Virus record (IMG/VR): IMGVR_UViG_3300025117_000036
Location: 57,860 to 121,859 of that record
DNA length: 64,000 nt
Direction: 5' to 3' (one strand)
Source: a virus
In this document: piece after piece, positions 50,720 through 60,118 of the stretch
Layout: the number at the start of each line of letters is the position of its first letter
Position numbering within the stretch: position 1 is the first letter of the stretch
Notes under the pieces: model-generated
Databases searched by the model: none
The model's input: only the letters and a program-made list of their open reading frames with translations
Told to the model about the DNA's origin: nothing
Translations under genes and position numbers: made by a program

Positions 50720-51489
50720 GGGTTTATGTCCGGGCCTCCTATCAGGCGGTCCGCATAGATGTTTGCCATGTCCGTATCTGACCAAATAGAGCCAAACCGG
50801 AAAGTGTTGTATGCCAGCCAGCCTTTCCACACACTTGAATTTTCGGACGCCAGCCCAATCCTCATTATGCTGGGCGTCCCCGCCCATACTCCAAACCCTG
50901 TTTTGGTGGTCCCTATCTGAGCGCCGTTGAGGTACACCTTACCTTCATCGCCGTTCGCAGAGTCTTTCCAGGTAACGCCCCACATAATCCAATCAGTTGT
51001 GGTTTGTGCGCTTCTTTGCAATCTAGAAACCCCCCCAATGACAATATTTGCTTGCAACCCCAGAGTGCCGTGTTTGGACAGCTCTATAAAGTTGCTGCCA
51101 TCAACTCTATAAATCGCTAATGTTTTGTCAATGCCGTCGCTCCAATCTTCAGCGGCGGATGCTCTTACAAACACAAATAATCCACCAATCGCGCCATTCC
51201 AAATAAGGGCAAGTGAGCCGAGATTGCTATTTGCGGTTGATCCGTCCAGATACGGCGCAAGCCCCCCTGTCGCCGGTCCGGCCCCGTTTTGCAAAGTCCA
51301 GCTTGCCAGAGTGCCATCGTGCGCCGCGCTTACAAACGCTAGGATGTCTGTGCCAGAAGCAATATTTGTCAGCGGGTAAACCTCTGACGCTCCGTACGTG
51401 TCGCGCAGGATTTCGGCGTAGGTTGGCGGGGTGGCTCCGGTCGCCCGGCCCCAGCTTCCGGCCATCAACGCTCTACGCAGTCTCAACAT
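50716..51489 (-). CDS. LamG/concanavalin-like domain protein
   Basis: APYLDG, WIMWGVTW...KVYLNGAQIG...WKGWLA; GGGAG RBS abutting the right recombination-like site. Confidence 0.8.
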   Translation of the reverse strand: MLRLRRALMAGSWGRATGATPPTYAEILRDTYGASEVYPLTNIASGTDILAFVSAAHDGTLASWTLQNGAGPATGGLAPYLDGSTANSNLGSLALIWNGAIGGLFVFVRASAAEDWSDGIDKTLAIYRVDGSNFIELSKHGTLGLQANIVIGGVSRLQRSAQTTTDWIMWGVTWKDSANGDEGKVYLNGAQIGTTKTGFGVWAGTPSIMRIGLASENSSVWKGWLAYNTFRFGSIWSDTDMANIYADRLIGGPDINP

Positions 51490-51555
51490 AGCGCACGCTC
51501 CCAGGTTCGATAATACAAATTATCGCAACTATATATATACATTATTTCACCAACA

Positions 51556-52062
51556 TTATTTAACTTGTTTAAAATGTTGTAAATGTGCCACACTAGAGCC
51601 TCCAATTATCGCCAAAGATGTGTAATTACTTAAAACAGGCACAATATCCATCATATTTTGAGCAACAAAACCAGAACTAGAACCAGATGCGCTACCGTTC
51701 GTAGGATTAATTTCATAATATACATCTCCTACCCTAGCGGCAATTTTGGTCGCAACTGTACCTGTAGGCAAAGACACATTTACGCTAGTTCCATTTAAAA
51801 CAATCATGGAACCACCAGTAAAATTATATGCTTTTTCAATTGTTGTTTGAGCAATTTTTTCTACTGTTTTATCGGCTGTAACTCGATAATATTCATTTGT
51901 GTCAAGATCAATACCTACTGCCCCAATATAACCAACAGGAGTTGTAGTATCATTAATCACTGAACCGCTTGTTAAATCACTTGTTCGAAATAAATAAGTT
52001 GGGGGATTTCCCGGTACAAAAGTAACTGCCATATAAAATTCTCCTTTCATCATCCTCATCAT
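51556..52062 (-). CDS. putative virion protein
   Basis: AAGGAG RBS before MAVTF (true start probably 52032); SGS-rich. Confidence 0.6.
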   Translation of the reverse strand: MMRMMKGEFYMAVTFVPGNPPTYLFRTSDLTSGSVINDTTTPVGYIGAVGIDLDTNEYYRVTADKTVEKIAQTTIEKAYNFTGGSMIVLNGTSVNVSLPTGTVATKIAARVGDVYYEINPTNGSASGSSSGFVAQNMMDIVPVLSNYTSLAIIGGSSVAHLQHFKQVK

Positions 52063-52113
52063 AGGAGGAAATAAAAAATAATAAAAATTAATAAAATAAA
52101 TAAAAATATCGGT

Positions 52114-52578
52114 TTATTCACCGATATTTTTTTCTGATTCAAATTTTTCTTTAAATTTTCTAAACTCTTCTTCGTTTTTAATTGCTTTCTCTTTTAAAGA
52201 CGGTAAATAATATTCTCTACTTTCTTCCATATCTCGATGTTTTTTAACCAAATATCTAAAATATCGGCTAAACCTGAAGTGCATCTTATCCAATGGTATT
52301 AATAGATCATATTTATATCCTATACCATCATAATGCAATCCCCCTTTTTGAGGTTCCATATAGCAAGAAAGAAATCCCACTATGACTAATCTTTTTCCAG
52401 AAATTATAATTCTAGCAAAAACTTTTATAAAAGCTTTCAAAAAAGTAAGACAATCTTTTTGAGTAAATTCTGTTTCATCTGATAGTAATTTTATAAATGC
52501 ATCAGTATTAACATCATTTTCAGTTCTATAACTACCGTTAGTATATTTGGGTTTTGATTTAGGTTTAGGTTCTTCCAT
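52114..52578 (-). CDS. HU/IHF-like DNA-binding protein
   Basis: FIKLLSDETEFTQKDC..FLKAF...GKRLVIVGF...HFRFS; synteny like SPbeta yonN-yonO. Confidence 0.7.
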   Translation of the reverse strand: MEEPKPKSKPKYTNGSYRTENDVNTDAFIKLLSDETEFTQKDCLTFLKAFIKVFARIIISGKRLVIVGFLSCYMEPQKGGLHYDGIGYKYDLLIPLDKMHFRFSRYFRYLVKKHRDMEESREYYLPSLKEKAIKNEEEFRKFKEKFESEKNIGE

Positions 52579-52659
52579 ATCTTTTGCCTTTTTTATGAAA
52601 AATACATTATATGTCCATATTTAAAAAATGTTTTAGATGCGCGGAAAAAACTATACGCA

Positions 52660-53439
52660 TTACTCACATAAATATTTTTTTCTATTTAAATTTAAACGAT
52701 AACGTTTTTTATCTCTTGTTTTTCTATGAGTATTTTTTTCTAATTTTTGGCATTCTATACACATGTTTTGACTTCTATAAACTTTAGAAAATTCTTTACC
52801 GCAAATCTTACAATATGGAGGATAAAAAGAAATAATATTAGATATATCTTTAACTATTATTTTTGGTTCAGAATCATCATCGGCAGTAGTAAATGTTAGA
52901 ACAAAAGAATCTGTTAGTTTTATATTATTGATAAATCCTTTTTTATAAAGAATATAAAAAATATCTTCGTTTCTTTTCTTAACGGTGTGGGCGAGACGAT
53001 GAATTGTATTAGCATTTTCTCCAATATAATATTCTTTAGATTTACTTTTTGAATCCATAAGTCTAAAATATTTACCTAATACCAACATTGTAAATAATAT
53101 TTTTTCATACCGATAATTATTTAAACTCCGAATACTTTCTAGTTCACGTTCAGTAATCGGAACATCTTTAGGAACTCGTAAAGGATATTCTCTTGATCTA
53201 GCAATAGCTTTTTCTATTTTTAGGGAAGAAAGAATAGAAGAAAATTCGCCTGCATGTTTTTCACAAAATTTACATAATTCTTTTCTTATTTCACTTTTCT
53301 TTTTACCAAAATAACGATAATATTTTGCTAAAATAATTAAATCTGACATAGACATAAATCTAGAAAAACCATTTTTTATTAATTTTTCAGCATATTCTAG
53401 CTCATTCAATATTCTCATAAAAATAATAATCATCCTCAT
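52660..53439 (-). CDS. conserved protein coupled to the RNA polymerase gene, C-terminal Zn finger
   Basis: ILNELEYAE, ILAKYYR, EKILFTMLVLGK, CKIC...CIEC. Confidence 0.7.
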   Translation of the reverse strand: MRMIIIFMRILNELEYAEKLIKNGFSRFMSMSDLIILAKYYRYFGKKKSEIRKELCKFCEKHAGEFSSILSSLKIEKAIARSREYPLRVPKDVPITERELESIRSLNNYRYEKILFTMLVLGKYFRLMDSKSKSKEYYIGENANTIHRLAHTVKKRNEDIFYILYKKGFINNIKLTDSFVLTFTTADDDSEPKIIVKDISNIISFYPPYCKICGKEFSKVYRSQNMCIECQKLEKNTHRKTRDKKRYRLNLNRKKYLCE

Positions 53440-56266
53440 TGTCTAAATTATAATTATAATCAGAATCATTTTTCATTACTTCTATTTCAGTCATTGAATA
53501 ACTACTATATAAATAGTTTATGTTACCGTTATCATCTAATACAGGAATAAAGCATTTTTCTTGTTTATTTTTTGCAATATTTTCAATTATTTCATTGCTA
53601 AATATTTGCCATAAAAAACTCTTATTGTCGCCAGGAAAAGCTACATAGCAAATATCTACTACTAAATTTACTAATTCGGCCCCATTTGATGATATTTCAT
53701 ATGCTTTTTGACGAATGAATTTATTGAATTGATCAATTGTTTTAAAATAGGCGGCAACATCTGTTTGAGAAGTGTTCCCTCCAGCATAAGCATTAGAAAA
53801 TTTTCTTTTTTCCTTTTTATAAATACGATAGAGAGCATCTAATTTTTTGTATTTTTCTTCATCGAATGAAATACTTGAGTCTTTTAATATTTGAATGTTT
53901 TCGTCTGTTATGGGAATAATAGTGGATATTTTTAATTGTTTAAATTGTTCTTCCATATACCAAGCAATTTTATTCATTAAACAATTAGTTTCCAAGAGAG
54001 GATTATATCTTTGATGTTCGAAAATAAACTTACATTCTTCTACATCTGTAGTAATTCCGGCATTTTCTAAAACTTCATTTATTTCTTTATTAAAACGCAT
54101 ATGAGAATCTTTAGAATATGCTTTTTTAAATTTTATATAATTTCGATTATAGTGACTATATACCCATCTCATGAAATAAGGACGTTTATTAATTACAATG
54201 CGATTTAAAAATTTTAAATTTTCTTTTTCTTCATCTTCCATTTCTTCTGATATTTTTTTCCAGCGAGTCCAATGTATCGGAAATGGTTTAATAATCAGTC
54301 CTTTTGTTGCATCTATCGTAGAGCCTTGTTCTTTTCGAAAACATTTAAGTCGATTGATTAATTCTGTATATTCAGGAGAATCTTTTTCAAAGTCAGGTAA
54401 CATAGCAAATGCAGTAGTTGCAACATTAGTTACAAATCCTACCCTATTATTAAATCCGTTTAAATCAGCTTTATATAATTCTTCTTCAATAATTTCTTGT
54501 TTTGGAGATTTCTTACTATCATAATAAATGGGCAATCCACCAGGAAGATTGGTTATAATTTCGGAATTATTGGTGATACATACTATATCACCATCAAAAT
54601 CTGAACCAGATTGATATAGACAATCATTTCCAAAAACATTATAAACAATGCAATTATTTAAATATTTATACCATTCTTTTATTTTAGAATTTTCTTTTAA
54701 GTTGATAGGATTAATTTCGCTTTTCCAGGTTAAAGGAGCGCGCATAGCAACTAATTTATTTTCTTTTTGATCTAGCCAATAGCGATTATAATGTTCATCT
54801 CTATTTAGTAATCCTTTTAGTGGAAGATTAAATAAATTTTCCATAAAAGCATAAGGATCACTTACTGCCATTGTATAAAAACCATGAATTAAAAGATTAC
54901 CAATATAAGATTCTTTTATTTTTTTATTTAAACTATGAATAAGATAATTTTTTATATAAGGATCGTGAATTAATTCGTTATTGAGAATTAATGCTTTTGT
55001 AACAACATCTTGAATTTTATTAAATACATTATCTAAATTATCTAAATCATTTGTATTTACATTAACATTTGCATTATTATATTTCTGATTAGAAAGTTTT
55101 CCTAATAAGTATAATAATGTATATTCAATTTTGTTTTTTATAATATTACTAAAAAAGTCTAAAGTTGGTTGACATAATTTCTTAATCGTATCGTTATCTA
55201 AATCTAAAACTTGAACAAATTGATAATTCAAAAATGTATAAGGCGTTTCAGTTTTTGGAGTAACCCGGCTAACTCCCCAAGTTAAATTATTTTTTTTGCA
55301 ATTAGCAACATAATGATCCAGTGAAAAAAATGCTTCCCATAATTTAAATTGACTTTCAGTTAGAATAATGTCTGCATTTCGAAGGTTATACTTATTTCCC
55401 CAAATATCAGTAACAAAATGTTGTTCTGCTATTTCTTCAGCAAAACGATGGAAATCAAAAACACAAACCATCCCTTTAATAAAATTGGCTCGAATAATAA
55501 ATGCAGATGGAATATAATTTAAACCTAAATCATCAGCCCATTGTTTTGCAAATTTAGGAGATATTAATCCTTGCCCATCCCATAAATTAAATTCTATTTC
55601 TTTTTCGCAAGGAATGACAATATCATCGCCATCTTCTATTTCTTCAATATAATCTACCATTTCTGTTCTTTTTATTTTTAAGTCGGGTACAACACAGAAA
55701 TAAGGAGTAGATACCTGTAATGTAGCACTAGCATTTAAACCAAAATAAGCATTAAATTTAGCAGGAGAAATTAGAATTGAATTTCGATCATTATTTAATA
55801 TTTCTTTTAATGGTTTTTCATATTCTTCTGAAATCCATAATGAATTATTGCGCCTTGCCTGTCCTGCTCCACACAATAAACGTACAAATCTTATTCCATT
55901 AATATAAAATCCATTTTGACCAAGATATTCATAATGTCTTAAATCACTTACAGAAACAGAAATAATTTCAGGAACAAATAAAAGAGAATCAATTTGATTT
56001 TCTATTTGTAACAATGTCTCTGAATTTTCAGAAGAATGTTTTTTCCGTTTTATTTTTCTTTTTTCTAAGAGTAGATCATCAATTTTTTCTTGAGAAAAAG
56101 AAATATTTTTAAGTTGTCTTAGAGAACGAAATACTTGTGAATCTCCAATAGAAACAATTTCTCCTGATTTACGGGCATCGTCAATAGTCAGAGTAAGATT
56201 ATATTTTGAATTTTTTAGTCGTGATGTAGATATTTTAAAAATATAAAATTGCTGTAGCTTTTTCAA
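53402..56266 (-). CDS. yonO: YonO-like single-subunit (RdRP-like, two-barrel) DNA-dependent RNA polymerase
   Basis: DGQGLISP, AFIIR, KGMV, SQFK, LNYQFVQVL, RAP, GSDFDGD catalytic motif, IDATKG. Confidence 0.9.
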   Translation of the reverse strand: MKKLQQFYIFKISTSRLKNSKYNLTLTIDDARKSGEIVSIGDSQVFRSLRQLKNISFSQEKIDDLLLEKRKIKRKKHSSENSETLLQIENQIDSLLFVPEIISVSVSDLRHYEYLGQNGFYINGIRFVRLLCGAGQARRNNSLWISEEYEKPLKEILNNDRNSILISPAKFNAYFGLNASATLQVSTPYFCVVPDLKIKRTEMVDYIEEIEDGDDIVIPCEKEIEFNLWDGQGLISPKFAKQWADDLGLNYIPSAFIIRANFIKGMVCVFDFHRFAEEIAEQHFVTDIWGNKYNLRNADIILTESQFKLWEAFFSLDHYVANCKKNNLTWGVSRVTPKTETPYTFLNYQFVQVLDLDNDTIKKLCQPTLDFFSNIIKNKIEYTLLYLLGKLSNQKYNNANVNVNTNDLDNLDNVFNKIQDVVTKALILNNELIHDPYIKNYLIHSLNKKIKESYIGNLLIHGFYTMAVSDPYAFMENLFNLPLKGLLNRDEHYNRYWLDQKENKLVAMRAPLTWKSEINPINLKENSKIKEWYKYLNNCIVYNVFGNDCLYQSGSDFDGDIVCITNNSEIITNLPGGLPIYYDSKKSPKQEIIEEELYKADLNGFNNRVGFVTNVATTAFAMLPDFEKDSPEYTELINRLKCFRKEQGSTIDATKGLIIKPFPIHWTRWKKISEEMEDEEKENLKFLNRIVINKRPYFMRWVYSHYNRNYIKFKKAYSKDSHMRFNKEINEVLENAGITTDVEECKFIFEHQRYNPLLETNCLMNKIAWYMEEQFKQLKISTIIPITDENIQILKDSSISFDEEKYKKLDALYRIYKKEKRKFSNAYAGGNTSQTDVAAYFKTIDQFNKFIRQKAYEISSNGAELVNLVVDICYVAFPGDNKSFLWQIFSNEIIENIAKNKQEKCFIPVLDDNGNINYLYSSYSMTEIEVMKNDSDYNYNLDNEDDYYFYENIE

Positions 56267-56324
56267 ATATGGTTTCGCTCCGAATATTATAAATTATAAA
56301 TATGAAAAAATAATTTATTTTTTC

Positions 56325-56960
56325 TTATCGTTGATTGGATTTAGTATATATTAACTTTCCAGTTTCGGAATCTCTTATAATGTCAATTCTTAGAATTTCA
56401 TTGTTACAGCCAGGACAATAGCATTTTGTCCAACCCGTATCACCAACAATTAATTCCTCGCCACAAGTACAATTGAATTTCATAACTCGATCTAATTCAA
56501 TTAACCCGTTGGTTACAATACACATTGGACAAGCTTCACCTCCTTCCCATTGAAAATGGTTCCCGTTCTTATTATCGTTAGTTTTTTCATCTTCTAAAAA
56601 GTGATATACATTCATAATCTTGATTTCATGTTTAAGATCGAGTCTCAATATTTCCCAACTATTTTCACCTAAACTATCATCGCAATAAAAAATTACATCT
56701 TCATAAACTTCAGAGAAACTTCTTCCTAACAAGTGAAAAATATAAACGGATTCGGTTATAGCATCGTAAACTTCGATTTCATATAATAGCGGCAATGGTA
56801 AAAAAGATTCATTGTCGTCTGGTGAGGAAGAAGAAGAAAATGGTGGAGATATTTCGTCGTCATTATCATTATTATCATTATTGTTATTATTGTTGTTGTC
56901 AGCCATATTTTTTAATTTATTGTAATTATAAAGTAAAACGAAATAGCAGTAAAAATACAA
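56325..56960 (-). CDS. hypothetical Zn-binding protein
   Basis: CPMC, CTC, CPGC; likely starts at MADNNN. Confidence 0.65.
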   Translation of the reverse strand: MYFYCYFVLLYNYNKLKNMADNNNNNNNDNNDNDDEISPPFSSSSSPDDNESFLPLPLLYEIEVYDAITESVYIFHLLGRSFSEVYEDVIFYCDDSLGENSWEILRLDLKHEIKIMNVYHFLEDEKTNDNKNGNHFQWEGGEACPMCIVTNGLIELDRVMKFNCTCGEELIVGDTGWTKCYCPGCNNEILRIDIIRDSETGKLIYTKSNQR

Positions 56961-57071
56961 TTATTAATTACAATATTAAATCTCCTTTAATGGTATAATT
57001 GCAATTATATAGATATACGATAAATACGATAAATATAAATATCCATGCTTAACAAATACATAGATAAAATA

Positions 57072-57100
57072 ACTTTATCATATTACATAATCCTTGTCAA
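57072..57100 (-). promoter_or_regulatory. sigma70/sigmaA-type promoter for the RNA polymerase operon
   Basis: TTGACA-17 bp-TAAAGT with extended TG on the minus strand. Confidence 0.6.
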
Positions 57101-57296
57101 GACTTATAAGAACGTAAAAATGTAAATATATAGAAATTTGCAATAAATTTTATAATAATAAAAGAGAGAAAAATAATAAGATATAAAGAAATGTATGTGG
57201 TAAAATATAAGATGGTGTGCATATGTGCATAGCTTCTATACCTGTGCATGACGGATTCTTTTTTCTTATAATTCGTAAGGAGAAAATAATTTTATA

Positions 57297-57857
57297 ATGG
57301 AAAATGCAAATAGCAAAAACAAAAATAAGAATAAAAGTAGCAATGGCAGTAACAATAGCAATAATATATTTGGAATTGGCGATGATTCTTTATTTTCCGG
57401 TTACTATGTAATAGCATCTGATGTTTTACTTCAAAAAACTACTCCTGTAATTGCCCTGGTATATGGAAAGATTTGGTTACTTTCTAGATCATCGGGGTAT
57501 TGTTATATGGCTGTAGGAAAGATTGCTAAACAATTAGGTTTTTCTAAAAATGCAGTTAGAGATGCAATTGATATACTGTCAGGAAAAGAAATAGTTGGAT
57601 CAGGAAAAAGTAAGCGTAAAAATATTTACTTTGATCCCAATACGTCTTTAATATTAGATGTTACTCCCAAATCACATATTTCCAAAAAACAAGTTCGATA
57701 CTATGCTCCACTACAAGAAAGATTTGAAGCATATATTGCAAAATATAATTCTATAGAAAATGGCGAATTTGATCTTTCTTTTGAAGAAGAAGCAGAAATT
57801 GAATTGTTGTTAGAAATGGTGAAAAAGATAAAGACCGAAACGAAAACACAAGAATAA
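57297..57857 (+). CDS. winged-HTH protein, putative replication initiator
   Basis: ALVYGKIW...GYCYMAVGKIAKQLGFSKNAVRDAIDIL (HTH_36-like); iterons downstream. Confidence 0.6.
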   Translation: MENANSKNKNKNKSSNGSNNSNNIFGIGDDSLFSGYYVIASDVLLQKTTPVIALVYGKIWLLSRSSGYCYMAVGKIAKQLGFSKNAVRDAIDILSGKEIVGSGKSKRKNIYFDPNTSLILDVTPKSHISKKQVRYYAPLQERFEAYIAKYNSIENGEFDLSFEEEAEIELLLEMVKKIKTETKTQE

Positions 57858-57996
57858 TAAAATTATGAATTATAATAATTATAATCACGAAGATAAACTA
57901 AATAATTATAGTCTAATAGTAATGTCGGCAAAAGTGCGAGAATATTTCTGGCAACTAAAAATGGTAAAAGTCTATATTTTTTTGCCATTTCAAGAG

Positions 57997-58105
57997 TCAG
58001 GAGATTATCGAAATCGATCAGGAGATTATCATTAATGGTCAGGAGATTATCAATATCGATCAGGAGATTATCGAAATGAGTCAGGAGATTATCGAAATGA
58101 GTCAG
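57997..58105 (+). repeat. five 21-bp iterons (TCAGGAGATTATC core), candidate replication origin
   Basis: Copies start at 57997, 58018, 58039, 58060 and 58081, with a partial copy at 58102. Confidence 0.85.
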
Positions 58106-59118
58106 CGCCTGGACACAAAGATACTATATAAGAAACTATAAAGAGAAGACTTAAGAAAAAAGAAAGAGATTAAAGAATTATATTAGGAAAATATAATTTT
58201 CTTTTTGTCTCCTTTTTGGTGGGAGTTTGGAAGTTTTTTTGTTTTTAAAAATTGTGTGGTTTATTATTGGTTTAGTGTAGGTTTGGCATGAATGTTTATA
58301 GTTGTCGGTTCATTCTGGTAACTTGACTGACAGATTCATTTTTCGGATATTCTTAATTTCGAATATTTCTTAATTTAAATATTTTCTTTCTAAATACTGG
58401 ATACTGGATACTAGATACTGAATACTCCTCCTTGCTGGCAGGGACGGAGTATTTTTGTTTTTTATAGTGGGTGTTTATGTTTAATGGGGATTAGATTTGT
58501 AGGCATTAGGTATTAGGTAGAAATAAAAGATAAAAGATCGGTAAAGAAATGCAGAATGTAAAATACAAAATGCAGAATGCGGGAGTATGAAAAGTAGAAA
58601 AAATAAATAAGTTTATTTGAATATTTTTAGGGTTTTAGGGTTTTAGAGCGGAAATGTGTGTGGAAATGCGTGTGGAAAATGGGGTCTATTGGGATGTGTC
58701 AATGCTTATTGGGGGTCTATTTAATATTATAGCAAATTATTTTAGGGTAAAAATAATTGGTGTTGGGTGGTGTGATGATTGGGGAGTAGGGGTTTAAGGT
58801 GGTTCGAGGTGGGTGTGTGAGTTGAATAGCTGTGGGCATTTTTTCTGTTTTTTATCATAATAATCATGTAAAATGGGGGTATATGCGAATGATTCTCAAT
58901 AAGAATCACTGAGAATTTGCCATAATGTATATATTATAGCAAATTAGTAGGGTTTTCAGGGTATAAGTCAGATATTTTTATTATCTCTTTAAGATTGTTC
59001 TTTTAAAAAACAATCTTTTTTATTTTGTCTGATAATAAGACAATCAAATCAGCACAATATGTATAGAAAAGACTTATATCAGATAATGAACGAACGTTCA
59101 TTCATTTATCTGTTTACT

Positions 59119-59245
59119 ACCATATACATATATACATATATATACATATATACATATACATATATACAAATATATATACAATACCTATACAATATCTATA
59201 TACATACATGCCTATATGCATACATACATATATACACCTACCATA
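59119..59245. repeat. imperfect (CATATA/TA)n low-complexity tract
   Basis: Seen directly. Confidence 0.85.
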
Positions 59246-60090
59246 CCCACCTATTCCTACCCAATATATCCACTTTCCCTGCTCGTCTCGCCATCCTATC
59301 ATCGAACCCACTTATACTTAGATCATCCGTTCTATCTATTCCTCCAATTATGCTGCTTGTGAAACCTATCACTATATTGTGAAATGCTTGTGAAACCCCA
59401 CACTAAAAGGTACAATAGCCCTATTCTAGAGATACTCGTTTATTTCTGTCATCTTATCCACTTCATTTCACTTTGCTTATATCATCATACTATACCTTAT
59501 ATAATGAAGGATACTCTTTCTCACTTCTTACATTTCTCCTCATTTCGTGCTATCCATGCATTATCCATGCATTATCCATTATTGTTTGATCTGGTATCCT
59601 GGTATTGTCTATTGTTCCATAGTTGGCAGCATCTTAGTATCTTAGTATCTCAGTATCTCAGTATCTCATTCTATTATAATGAAGTAGTATCACTCTCACT
59701 ATTCCCTATTCTATTTACATAATATCCCACATACCCTATCCATCCCACTAATAAATTTGTGTCATTTATTATTATTCCCTGTTATTCCCGAATTATCAAG
59801 ATACAAGACCATTTCTATCCGAACGGCATATATAGACAAATCGAAACCTATACCCCTACATATAGGGGTTGAATGCAAAAAGAATCCGAAAAATTTTGTT
59901 CTGACAAATCAGTAATGTTAAAGACTATTATTGTATTTTTAAAACCCTATTCAATAATCCTTGAATTTTGATTGTACCTACTTTCACAATAGCCATATAT
60001 AGGGGTTAAATCCTTCCATACCCCCATATATAGGGATTAAACATATCCCACATATCCTAGAAAAAACGATAAAAATTTGAAAATTTTAAG

Positions 60091-60118
60091 TTGACATACT
60101 TTTTTTTGACGGTAAAAT
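60091..60118 (+). promoter_or_regulatory. sigma70/sigmaA-type early promoter
   Basis: TTGACA-16 bp-TAAAAT, AT-rich upstream region, overlapped by the palindrome AAATTTGCTTGT/ACAAGCAAATTT. Confidence 0.6.

Larger units (their letters stand above)
49596..51530. mobile_element. high-GC gene cassette bounded by two Xer/dif-like 28-bp sites
   Basis: Abrupt GC rise exactly between AGTTTCGATAA-TGCTCC-TTATCGCTACT (49596-49623) and AGGTTCGATAA-TACAAA-TTATCGCAACT (51503-51530). Confidence 0.75.

Noticed and set aside
50720-50887. N-terminal 56 aa of the 421-aa ORF
   Set aside because: It overlaps the LamG gene out of frame and lacks an RBS, so it is probably not translated.
57997-58105. CRISPR array
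   Set aside because: The period is only 21 bp with about 8-bp semi-conserved linkers, there are no unique spacers and no cas genes; iterons fit better.
58625-58647. Telomere-like TTTTAGGG repeats
   Set aside because: Only about 2.5 copies within a G/T-skewed tract; likely chance.
59059-59722. ORFs of 107, 64 and 112 aa in the non-coding region
   Set aside because: They are translations of TA/CA low-complexity DNA with no RBS.
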